The notes beneath the pieces are model-generated. The model searched no databases. It saw only the letters and a program-made list of their open reading frames with translations, and had not been told where the DNA came from. The position numbers and the translations under genes were made by a program. DNA of 64,000 nucleotides, taken from Polyangiaceae bacterium. Its GTDB lineage: Bacteria; Myxococcota_A; Polyangia; Polyangiales; Polyangiaceae. Positions 30,282-39,578 of the stretch are shown piece after piece. The DNA is taken from contig CBDCTZ010000015.1 in the NCBI GenBank assembly GCA_965222375.1, forward strand, positions 1,088,001 through 1,152,000. The letters are read 5' to 3'. Position 1 is the stretch's first letter. Each line of letters opens with the position of its first letter.

Positions 30282-33200
30282 ATGTCACCAGATGTGCTCC
30301 CCCCGTTGGAAAACAATTGGATTTCGCCGGCGCCAATTTCCCGTACATTCAAAGGTGCGGAAAACTCCGCACTGGGGCGACGGATGAAGGGTGGAAGCGA
30401 AACTGGGTGCAGCGCGCGACCGCGTGGGCTGCGGCTCGCTTTTGGAAGTGAAGGACGACAGATGACCAAGCGGCAGATGGCATCAAGCGAAGCAATCAAC
30501 AAGCGCACGGCCGCACCGCACTGGACAATGCGCTGCAGCATCTTGCTCGGCGCCCTGCTCACAGCGGCATGCGGGCAGAAAGCAGAACGAAAAGCCGAGT
30601 CGCGCCACACGCTCGGCCGCACTGCCGAGGCCGCGAGCGTCGCGCCCGACTGGCCCGCCGAGGCGCTCGTTGGCGTGCGCGGCATCCGCCTCGACAAGAA
30701 CGGCGACATCAGCGGCAACGTTGCCGTCATCGATGCCGGCGATAGTCCCGAGCTCGACGTCGACAAGGACAGCCGCATCGACGGCAGCGTGCGCGCCAAC
30801 CGCATTCGCCTGGACAAAGACACGGTCGTGACCGGCGACGGCGCGTTCAACACATTGAGCGGCAGCGGCACCGTGCAGGGAACCACCACCACGCCCCTCA
30901 CACTTCCGTTGGCGATCACAATCCCGACCATTGGCACCATCACACCAGGCACGACCGACATCACCGTTGCCAGCGGAGCCACGCAAACTCTTGCCCCCGG
31001 CGCCTACGACGAAGCCACGCTAGCCAAAGACGCTACCTTGCGCTTGGACGGCGGAAGCTACGCCCTGCGCAGCCTCGACGCAGCCAAGGACGCCCGCATC
31101 GAATGTGCCGCCGCCTGCGATCTGCGGCTCCTGGAAACGCTGGAACTAGCCAAAAACGCCTACCTGGGCCCCAGCGAGGGCGCGAGCATCGGCTCCGAAG
31201 CTGTCGACGTGCGCGTCGCCAGCGGAAGCGGTTGCACCCAGGTCGCCGTCGACATCGACAAGGACGCCAAGCTGCGTGCTCGTATCGCAGCCCCGGACGG
31301 AAGGCTGCACATCGACAAGAACCTCGACGCCCGCGGCATCCTGATCGCCTGCCGCATCGTCCTGAAGAAGGACGCCAAGATCGAAAAGGACGCCACCGAC
31401 CTATGCGAAGGCGTCAACATCGACGACGGGAACCCGTGCACCGCGGACGCCTGCGATCCAGCGACAGGCGTCGTGACCCACACGCCGCGACCCGCCGGCT
31501 CTTCTTGCAGCGACGGCAACGTGTGCACCGGCGACGAGCTCTGCAACGCCTCCGCAGTGTGCGAACCGGGAACACCTCCGACGATCGACGACGGGAACCC
31601 GTGCACCGCGGACGCATGCGATCCAGTGACCGGAGTGAGCCACACACCGCTGCCAAGCGGATCGAGTTGCAGCGACGGCGACGTGTGTAACGGCGACGAG
31701 CTCTGCAACGCCTCCACAGTGTGCGAACCGGGAACACCTCCGACGATCGACGACGGGAACCCGTGCACCGCGGACGCATGCGATCCAGTGACCGGAGTGA
31801 GCCACACACCTGTGCCAAGCGGCACGAGCTGCAGCAATGGCGATGTGTGTGATGGTCTGGAAACCTGCAACAGCGCGGGCGTCTGCCAACCGGGAACACC
31901 GCTGAGTTGCGACGACAGCAACGTGTGCACCGCAGACGCGTGCAATCCCGCCTCCGGCTGCGACTTCGTGCCCGTCTCAGCCGGCTCCAGCTGTGCCGAT
32001 GCGGATCTGTGTAATGGAGAGGAGCTGTGTGACGGCGTCGGGACCTGCGACCCCGGCACGCCGCTGCCCGTTGACGACGGCAACCCCTGCACCACGGACG
32101 CCTGCGACCCAGTCGTCGGCGTGACGCACACTCCGGTGCCGCCGGGCACCGCCTGCAGCGATGGTGACGCCTGCAACGGTGAGGAGCTCTGCAACGCCTC
32201 GACGGTGTGCCAACCGGGAACACCTCCCACCATCGACGACGGCAACCCGTGCACGGCGGATGCCTGCGACCCCGTCGCAGGCGTGACGCATACCCCGGTG
32301 CCGAGTGGCACCAGCTGCGCCGATTCTGACGTCTGTAACGGAAATGAAACCTGCGACGGGCTGGGCGGCTGTCAAGCCGGGACGCCCCTGACTTGCGACG
32401 ACAGCAACGTGTGCACCACCGACGCATGCAACCCGGCATCCGGCTGCGACTTCGTGCCCGTGGCCGCGGGCAGCTCGTGCGGCAACGGCGATGCCTGCGA
32501 TGGAGACGAGCTGTGTGACGGGACAGGTAGCTGCAACCCCGGTACGCCGCTGGTCTGCGACGACATGAATCCCTGCACGATGAATTCGTGCGCTGCAGCG
32601 ACCGGTTGCGAATCGAGCTTCGTGCCCGCGGGTGTCAGCTGCGGGCCCAATCAAACCTGCGACGGCGCTGGGACCTGCGAGTCGGAGCTGCCCCCGGATC
32701 CGAGCCTGGTCGCGCCGCCGCTCGATCGCACCGTCGCCACCTCCCTGTTCGACCAGACGACGTTTCTGTACGACGGAGCCAATCCGATCCAAACGGGCGT
32801 CGCTCCCGGCACCATCTCCCCAGAGCGCGTGAGCGTGCTCAAGGGTCGAGTGCTCACGGTGACCGGCGCGCCGTTGCCCGGCGCGACCGTCACCGTCGTC
32901 GGTCGCCCAGAATTCGGCAGCACGCTTTCCCGAGCCGACGGCCAGTACGACATCGTGGTCAACGGCGGACAGCCCACTTCGCTGAGCTTCACCGCCACCG
33001 GCTACCTGGAAGCGCAGCGCACGGTCACGCCCGAGTGGCAGCGGTTTACGTTTGTGCCGGATGTGTCGCTCATCACGCTCGACCCCGCTGTGACTAGTGT
33101 GACGATGGGTAGCAGCAGCCTCCAGGTCGCCAGTGGCTCCACCAGCAGCGACGCCGATGGCGTGCGCCGAGCGCGCCTGTGCATCCCCGCCGGCACGACA

Positions 33201-36200
33201 GCCTCTCTGGTCATGCCCGACGGCAGCACCGTCCCTGCGCCATCGCTATCAGTGCGCATCACGGAGTACACGGTCGGTCCGTTTGGCCCGACGGCCATGC
33301 CGGCCGAGCTGCCGACCAATCTCGGCTACACCTACGCAGTCGAGCTGAGCGCGGATGAGGCTGAAGCCGCAGGTGCCACCCAAGTGGTCTTTAGCCAGCC
33401 GACGTACTTGTATGTGGAAAACTTCCTGCAGTTCCCAGTGGGCACCATCGTGCCGGTTGGTTTCTACGACCGCAGCGACGCCTGCTGGAAGCCCTCCGAC
33501 AATGGGCGGGTGATCGAGGTGCTGAGCGTCACTGGCGGCGTCGCCTCGCTAGACGTCGACGGCTCCGGAACACCCGCTGACGCCGCAACGCTTGCAGCTC
33601 TCGGCTTCACCACGGAAGAGCTGACGAAGATTGCTCAGACCTATGCGGTGGGGCAGTCGTTCTGGCGCTCACCGATCCCGCATTTTTCACCGGTGGACTG
33701 CAACCTGGGGCTGATTCCGGACACGGGCGATGGCGGGAACGGTGGCTCGGGAGGTAGTGGTGGCTCGGGCGGCACCGGTGGCTCCGGAGCCACGGGCGGC
33801 AGTGGCGGTTCGGGCGGCACCGGAGGTAGTGGTGGGTCTGGAGGGACGGGAGGAAGCAGCGGCTCCGGCGGCAGCGGTGGCGCGAGTGGCTCGGGCGGTT
33901 CGAGCGGTAGCGGTGGCTCGGGCGGTTCGAGCGGCAGCGGCGGTTCGAGTGGCAGTGGTGGGACCAGTGGCAGCGGTGGAACCGGGGGCTCCGGAAACAC
34001 CGGAGCGTTCGGTGCAACGAGCGGTTTTGGTGGGACCGGAAACACCAGCGGTTTCGGCCCCGGTTGCACGAACGACTGCCCCGATGATGGCGACGACGAC
34101 AAGGACGATCCTTGCGAGGGAGAGGGCTCCGTCATCGAGTGCCAGAATCAGACTTTTGGCGAGGTGTTGCCCGTCGCCGGCACGGACATGTCGCTGGTCT
34201 ACACGAGCGCCCGAGCCCCTGGCCGATTGTCGCGCATGACCATGAACATCCCGCTGACCGGTCCAACGATCAAAAGCAAGCTGCGTCGAGTCGACGTCGA
34301 GGTCAGCGTGGCAGGCAAGATTTTCCGGGCGAGCGAGGGCCCTACAACCGACCTGACCGTACCGTTCACCTGGGACGGCAACGACGCCTATGGCCGCAAA
34401 GTACAGGGCAGCCAGGTTGCCGTGGCTCGAGTCGGTGAGGTGTACCCCACGAGGTACGCAAAGCCCGCTGCGGTGGGACAGGCTTTCGGACAGTATGCCG
34501 ACAATGGCATCGAGCTGACGGTCAACGAGGCGCGCACAGAGCTCACCCTCTGGCGCACCGTCAAGAAGCGCAACCTCGGCCTCTGGGACGAAAGTGGTCG
34601 CGGCCTAGGCGGCATGAGCCTCGACGTGCACCATGCCTATGATCCCGCTGGGCAGATCTTGTACCTCGGCAGTGGAGAGCGGCGGAGCCGCGACAGCCTA
34701 GTCGAGGTGGTCGCTGCCCTCACGAAGCCAAATACCGCTCCCAACAGTGGTGACGGCGGCCCCGCAGCTCTGGCGGGTGCCAGCCCGCGCGGCGTTGCGC
34801 AGGGACCGGATGGCTCGATCTACATTGCCGACTTCGGTCGCACCGTGCGCCGCATCGCTCCCGACGGCGTCATCACGACAATTGCGGGTGATCCGTCCAC
34901 AGTGGGTTATGCAGGCGATGGCGGACCCGCAACCGCTGCGCTGTTCAACGGAATCACGGACCTGACCGTTGGTCGAGACGGCTCGGTCTACGTGATGGAC
35001 ACGACCAACGCCCGCGTGCGCCGCATCACACCCGACGGCATCATCGACACCGTCGTCGGCACCGGCGTGGGCGGCTTTTCTGGAGATGAAGGCCCCGCAA
35101 CGGCGGCCCAGATCAACGGTGCCCGCGCCATTGCCTTCGGCGTGGACTGCAACTTGTTCATCGCCGATTCATCCAACCTACGAGTGCGCATGGTGGACTC
35201 GTCGGGGGTGATTCACACGGTGACTACGCTGACCGAGCAGCCCTTTGCCGTCGCGGCTGGCCCTGATGGCAGCGTCTACATCGGCACGAACGGCTTCCGC
35301 GTGTATCGCTTGGATACCGCAGGCCGCGTGCTTCCCTTCGCCGGAAACGGAACCCTCGGATTTTCCGGCGACGGCGGTCCAGCTTTGGACGCCCAAATCG
35401 GAACCGTCGACGACCTCGCGGTTTCCCCCTCCGGTGTCGTGTACATCAACGACCGCGGCAACAGGCGGATCCGTCAGGTCGACTCAGCCGGGACGATCTC
35501 GACCTACGCTGGCACCGGCAACGTCAACCCGTTCTCCCCGAACCGTCCAAGCACCGCGACCGCGGTGATCGCAAACGGCATGGACGTCGCGATGGACGGC
35601 GGACTACTCGTTGGCGACGATGTGCACCAGGTCGTAGCTCGCATCCGGCTTCCCCTGCCAAGGTTCAATGGCGGGGCCAGCCTCGCTGTTTCTTCTGACG
35701 ACGGCAGCGAACTCTACACCTTCGACGGCCGCGGCAAGCACCTGGCAACCTTCAATGCCGCCACCGCCACGATGCGCTACCAATTCGCCTACGATTCCAA
35801 CGGTCTGCTCGCCCAGGTCCGCGACGGAGACAACAACGTCACGACGATTCAGCGCGACGCCATCGGCGCGCCCCAAGCCATCATCGGTCCCTACGGTCAG
35901 GTCACGAGCCTGACCCTCGACGCCGACGGCTACGCCGCGACCGTGACCAGTCCTGCTTCGGAGCTGCATCAATTTACGTTCACGAGCGATGGCCTGCTCC
36001 AAAGCTACATCAACCCCCGCAACCAACTGAAAGTCCTCAGCTACGGCCCGCTCGGTCGCCTCGCCGGCTTCATCGACCAAGCCACGGGCAACCGCACCTA
36101 CGACCGGACCCAAGCCACGAGCGACTTCACCGTATTGGAAACCACGCCATTGGGCAGGCAAACCACCTTTGGCTACGCGAGCCTACCGACCGGCGACGAG

Positions 36201-38711
36201 CAGTACACCAACACCTTCCCAGATGGCACGCAGAGCACGCAATTCATCGGACGCGACCGAACGCTGACCACGACGCTGCCCGACGGCACCGTCATCACGA
36301 CCACCGAAGCCCCCGACCCCCGCTTCGGCTTCGCCACCAAGGTAGTCTCCACCGAAACCCGCACGCCCTCAGGCCTGGTCCGCACGGAAACCGCCGACCG
36401 CAGCGTCACGCTGAGCGATCCGCTCGATCCCCTCAGTCTGCTCACGCAAACCGACACCACGACCATCGACGGCCGCGTCACCACGAGCGTCTTCGACCGC
36501 GCCACGCTGACCACGACGACCACCAGCCCCGCCGGCCGGCAGGTCATCACCATCCAAGACGACCAAGGCCGCACCACCCGCCGCGACGTTCCCGGCATCC
36601 TCCCCGTAGACTTCGCCTACGACCTGCGCGGCAGGCTCTCCACCATCACCCAAGGCTCCCGCACCCGCACGACCAACTACTTCAACACCACCGACACACG
36701 AAACGGCTACGTCCAGTCCATCACCGACGCCCTAACCCAAACGACCAGCTTCACCCCCGACGCCATCGGCCGCGTCCTCCAACAGCTCGACCCCGACGGC
36801 GCCATCACCAGCTTCGCCTGGGACGGCAACGGAAACCTGACCAGCGTCACGCCCCCCGGCCAGCCCGCCCACGGCCAAACCTTCACGCCCGTGGACCTAC
36901 TGGGCAGCTACGATCCGCCCGCCGTGCCCGGCGTGACGACTCCGAGTACACTGTTCAACTACGACCTGGACAGGATGCTGACGCAAACCACGAGACCCGA
37001 TGGATTGCTCATCGGACGCACGTATGACACAGCGGGCAAGCTCGACTTCATGACGACGCCCTCGGGCACAGTCGACTACACATATTTCGGGCTGACGCCT
37101 TGTCCGGGATGCGCGCCGGGACGGCTCTCTTCCATCACCGACCCGAGCGGGGTCGTGCTCTCGCATACCTACGATGGGCAGCTGATGTCCTCGATGACCT
37201 GGAGTGGGCCGTTCAGTGGGAGCGTGGCGTTTGGGTACGACAACTCGTTCCGCACGATTTCCGAGACGGTGACCGTTGGGGCGACCACAAGCCCAGCGTT
37301 CTTTGGCTATGACCCTGACGACATCGTCATCTGCGCCTCGCAGACCAGCTGCGCGCCGCCGAGCGCGGACGCGCTTGCCGTTGCCCTCGACCCACAGAAT
37401 GGCCGCGTCACGGGCTCGGCCCTTGGCCTCGTCACCGACACCTGGACCTACAACGCCTATGGCGAGATGGCTTCGTATGTCGCGACCACCGGAGGCACGA
37501 CGCTCTTCTCCGAAGTCGTCGACACGGCCACCGACCCTCGCGATCAGCTTGGCCGCATCGTCACTCGCGTCGAAGCAAACGGCGCCGCGCCCATCACCTG
37601 GGACTACACCTATGATTTGCGGGGCAGGTTGACGGACGTCTTCAAGAATGGGGCGCTCTTCGAGCATTACGGATATGATGCCAACGGTAACCGCACGCTG
37701 CTGCAGACAACCAGCTCCTCAATTGCTGGCACGTATGACGCGCAGGACAGATTGCTCACCTACGGCACGCTGTCCTACACCTACACCGCCAACGGTGAGC
37801 TGAGCAGCAAGACCGACTCCGCGACGAGCGAGACGACGGTCTACAGCTATGACGTCCGAGGCAACCTCACGCGCGTCGACCTGCCGAGCGGAGATGTCAT
37901 CGAATACCTTGTTGACGGCCAGGACCGCCGCGTGGGCAAGAAGCGCAACGGCGTGCTCGAAAAGGCGTGGCTGTATCGCGATGGGCTCAATCCGGTAGCG
38001 GAACTCGACGCCGCAGGCGCATTGCTGTCACGCTTTGTCTACGGCTCGAAACCCAACGTGCCCGAGTACATGGTGCGCGGAGGCGTCACCTATCGCATCC
38101 TGAGTGACCATCTGGGGTCACCAAGGGCGATTGTCGATGTCGCGACCGGCACGCCAGCGTGGCGTGCGGACTATGATGCTAGGGGTAACCACACGGTGCT
38201 GCTGGGTGCTGAAGACTTCACGCCCTTTGGCTTCGCCGGCGGGCTGCACGATGCAGACACGCGGCTGGTGCGCTTTGGGGCGCGGGATTACGATCCGGTT
38301 ACCGGGAGGTGGACGGCTAAGGATCCGATTGGGCTGCTTGCGGACGGTCCAAATCTCTACGGCTATGCTCTCACGGATCCTGTAAACTGGAGAGACAGCA
38401 CCGGGGAGAGCAGTTGCCTTGCGGCTTGCGCGGAGAAGTGGTGGTGGTGGACTGCAGGCCTGCTCGCATGCTCGGCTAGCTGCATTTCGAGTGGGCCAGG
38501 AAAACCCGGAGGATCTGGCGGGCCCTATCGGACGCCGAGTCCGCCGGGTGCTGAGTTCCCGCAATGCGCCGGCCTGAGTTTCACACCGACCAGCCGCTGT
38601 TGCCGGAACGCATGCGACTTTCGGGACGAGATCGCACCCAACATCTGCCCGGAGCCGGGTACCCCGCGCGCGTGCTATGAGCGGTGCATGGCCGAAAACT
38701 GGCCATCATGA
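30282..38711 (+). CDS. Teneurin-like RHS/YD-repeat protein (lipoprotein signal, Cys-rich repeats, NHL repeats, RHS core, Cys-rich tip)
   Basis: LLTAAC lipobox (likely start 30462 or 30528); 8 DDGNPCTxDxC repeats; carboxypeptidase-regulatory-like segment; NHL GDGGPA repeats; YD repeats; RFGARDYDP..GRWTAKDPIG..YGY..DPVN..DxTG. Confidence 0.92.
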   Translation: MSPDVLPPLENNWISPAPISRTFKGAENSALGRRMKGGSETGCSARPRGLRLAFGSEGRQMTKRQMASSEAINKRTAAPHWTMRCSILLGALLTAACGQKAERKAESRHTLGRTAEAASVAPDWPAEALVGVRGIRLDKNGDISGNVAVIDAGDSPELDVDKDSRIDGSVRANRIRLDKDTVVTGDGAFNTLSGSGTVQGTTTTPLTLPLAITIPTIGTITPGTTDITVASGATQTLAPGAYDEATLAKDATLRLDGGSYALRSLDAAKDARIECAAACDLRLLETLELAKNAYLGPSEGASIGSEAVDVRVASGSGCTQVAVDIDKDAKLRARIAAPDGRLHIDKNLDARGILIACRIVLKKDAKIEKDATDLCEGVNIDDGNPCTADACDPATGVVTHTPRPAGSSCSDGNVCTGDELCNASAVCEPGTPPTIDDGNPCTADACDPVTGVSHTPLPSGSSCSDGDVCNGDELCNASTVCEPGTPPTIDDGNPCTADACDPVTGVSHTPVPSGTSCSNGDVCDGLETCNSAGVCQPGTPLSCDDSNVCTADACNPASGCDFVPVSAGSSCADADLCNGEELCDGVGTCDPGTPLPVDDGNPCTTDACDPVVGVTHTPVPPGTACSDGDACNGEELCNASTVCQPGTPPTIDDGNPCTADACDPVAGVTHTPVPSGTSCADSDVCNGNETCDGLGGCQAGTPLTCDDSNVCTTDACNPASGCDFVPVAAGSSCGNGDACDGDELCDGTGSCNPGTPLVCDDMNPCTMNSCAAATGCESSFVPAGVSCGPNQTCDGAGTCESELPPDPSLVAPPLDRTVATSLFDQTTFLYDGANPIQTGVAPGTISPERVSVLKGRVLTVTGAPLPGATVTVVGRPEFGSTLSRADGQYDIVVNGGQPTSLSFTATGYLEAQRTVTPEWQRFTFVPDVSLITLDPAVTSVTMGSSSLQVASGSTSSDADGVRRARLCIPAGTTASLVMPDGSTVPAPSLSVRITEYTVGPFGPTAMPAELPTNLGYTYAVELSADEAEAAGATQVVFSQPTYLYVENFLQFPVGTIVPVGFYDRSDACWKPSDNGRVIEVLSVTGGVASLDVDGSGTPADAATLAALGFTTEELTKIAQTYAVGQSFWRSPIPHFSPVDCNLGLIPDTGDGGNGGSGGSGGSGGTGGSGATGGSGGSGGTGGSGGSGGTGGSSGSGGSGGASGSGGSSGSGGSGGSSGSGGSSGSGGTSGSGGTGGSGNTGAFGATSGFGGTGNTSGFGPGCTNDCPDDGDDDKDDPCEGEGSVIECQNQTFGEVLPVAGTDMSLVYTSARAPGRLSRMTMNIPLTGPTIKSKLRRVDVEVSVAGKIFRASEGPTTDLTVPFTWDGNDAYGRKVQGSQVAVARVGEVYPTRYAKPAAVGQAFGQYADNGIELTVNEARTELTLWRTVKKRNLGLWDESGRGLGGMSLDVHHAYDPAGQILYLGSGERRSRDSLVEVVAALTKPNTAPNSGDGGPAALAGASPRGVAQGPDGSIYIADFGRTVRRIAPDGVITTIAGDPSTVGYAGDGGPATAALFNGITDLTVGRDGSVYVMDTTNARVRRITPDGIIDTVVGTGVGGFSGDEGPATAAQINGARAIAFGVDCNLFIADSSNLRVRMVDSSGVIHTVTTLTEQPFAVAAGPDGSVYIGTNGFRVYRLDTAGRVLPFAGNGTLGFSGDGGPALDAQIGTVDDLAVSPSGVVYINDRGNRRIRQVDSAGTISTYAGTGNVNPFSPNRPSTATAVIANGMDVAMDGGLLVGDDVHQVVARIRLPLPRFNGGASLAVSSDDGSELYTFDGRGKHLATFNAATATMRYQFAYDSNGLLAQVRDGDNNVTTIQRDAIGAPQAIIGPYGQVTSLTLDADGYAATVTSPASELHQFTFTSDGLLQSYINPRNQLKVLSYGPLGRLAGFIDQATGNRTYDRTQATSDFTVLETTPLGRQTTFGYASLPTGDEQYTNTFPDGTQSTQFIGRDRTLTTTLPDGTVITTTEAPDPRFGFATKVVSTETRTPSGLVRTETADRSVTLSDPLDPLSLLTQTDTTTIDGRVTTSVFDRATLTTTTTSPAGRQVITIQDDQGRTTRRDVPGILPVDFAYDLRGRLSTITQGSRTRTTNYFNTTDTRNGYVQSITDALTQTTSFTPDAIGRVLQQLDPDGAITSFAWDGNGNLTSVTPPGQPAHGQTFTPVDLLGSYDPPAVPGVTTPSTLFNYDLDRMLTQTTRPDGLLIGRTYDTAGKLDFMTTPSGTVDYTYFGLTPCPGCAPGRLSSITDPSGVVLSHTYDGQLMSSMTWSGPFSGSVAFGYDNSFRTISETVTVGATTSPAFFGYDPDDIVICASQTSCAPPSADALAVALDPQNGRVTGSALGLVTDTWTYNAYGEMASYVATTGGTTLFSEVVDTATDPRDQLGRIVTRVEANGAAPITWDYTYDLRGRLTDVFKNGALFEHYGYDANGNRTLLQTTSSSIAGTYDAQDRLLTYGTLSYTYTANGELSSKTDSATSETTVYSYDVRGNLTRVDLPSGDVIEYLVDGQDRRVGKKRNGVLEKAWLYRDGLNPVAELDAAGALLSRFVYGSKPNVPEYMVRGGVTYRILSDHLGSPRAIVDVATGTPAWRADYDARGNHTVLLGAEDFTPFGFAGGLHDADTRLVRFGARDYDPVTGRWTAKDPIGLLADGPNLYGYALTDPVNWRDSTGESSCLAACAEKWWWWTAGLLACSASCISSGPGKPGGSGGPYRTPSPPGAEFPQCAGLSFTPTSRCCRNACDFRDEIAPNICPEPGTPRACYERCMAENWPS
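31422..32680 (+). repeat. Eight ~162-bp coding repeats (Cys-rich DDGNPCT units)
   Basis: Units at 31422, 31587, 31749, and onward. Confidence 0.9.
36213..38405 (+). repeat. RHS core segment duplicated at 41644-43836
   Basis: ACCTTCCCAGATGGCACG... begins at both 36213 and 41644 (offset 5431). Confidence 0.95.
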
Positions 38712-39418
38712 CGGAGCTAGAGTGCTTCGACGATCTGGTCGCTGAGGGTTGTGCGCTCCGCTCCAAGGGCGACTTCGGTTCGGCGCGGAAGTTGCTGGAG
38801 CGTGCTCTTGTCGAAGGCGAGGCCATGTGGGGTCCATATTCGGAAAGGCTGATCGCACCGTTGTGGCAGTTGGCGAAACTTGAGCATCAGACCTCATTCG
38901 ATTCGCCGAAATCAAACGCCGCTCAGATTGCACAACTGCGCCGAGCGGCAGCCATTGCAGATGTCGCACTTTCCCGAACGGACGCACAGAGAATCCGCAT
39001 CCTTGGTTCGCTAGCGATTGCGCTTCATGTGGCAGAACTTCGCGATGAGGCCTCGGAAGCGTTCGCCGAGGCGCTTGAAGCGCTTGGGACGACGGACAAG
39101 GACTACAGGCAATTCCTACTCGGTGGCTACGTTCAGGTGCTGCTTGAACTCCAGAGATTCGTCGACGCTGAGGTTGGCGCCCGGGAGTTACTTGACCTGT
39201 CGGAACGACCTGGCAGCGCAGAACTCACTGCGTTTGAAGCATGGTACTACCTCGGCCAGAGCCTGCTGGGAGTGGGTCGGCCTGCCGAAGCCGCGACGTT
39301 CTTCCGACGCTGCTTGGAATACCAGATACGCAAGGTTGGGGATTCTCCCAGAAACGAGGAATTTCGCCTGTTCCTGGAGCAAGCGGAGCGCGAGGCAGCC
39401 AATGCACGAGACAAATAG
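38708..39418 (+). CDS. TPR-like protein, putative immunity partner of RHS tip 1
   Basis: ATGA overlap with RHS stop; helical repeats e.g. AWYYLGQSLLGVGRPAEAATFFRRCL. Confidence 0.7.
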   Translation: MTELECFDDLVAEGCALRSKGDFGSARKLLERALVEGEAMWGPYSERLIAPLWQLAKLEHQTSFDSPKSNAAQIAQLRRAAAIADVALSRTDAQRIRILGSLAIALHVAELRDEASEAFAEALEALGTTDKDYRQFLLGGYVQVLLELQRFVDAEVGARELLDLSERPGSAELTAFEAWYYLGQSLLGVGRPAEAATFFRRCLEYQIRKVGDSPRNEEFRLFLEQAEREAANARDK

Positions 39419-39451
39419 ATGGTCAGTAGTTTCTGGGGTCGCGCCACGCCC

Positions 39452-39578
39452 CCCAAAGCACCGCGGTCGCCAAACAAAGACGCCTCCCGACGCAAAGGTC
39501 CCTCCCTGCCACGCGCAGCGGCGCCTGCCGCGTGGTGCAGGTGTTTACCAGGTCGCCCTCGCGCGCGCAGGCGTCGCG
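39452..39578. repeat. Palindromic dispersed repeat copy 1, left part (continues at 41540-41561 after the intron)
   Basis: Matches 48231-48357; arms pair across the intron. Confidence 0.85.

Noticed and set aside
30126..30460. Integration site or tRNA at the left edge of the accessory block
   Set aside because: No tRNA-like sequence, integrase or flanking direct repeat found by eye.
39452..39578. Integron attC site
   Set aside because: No RYYYAAC/GTTRRRY core boxes at the hairpin ends and no integron integrase in the window.
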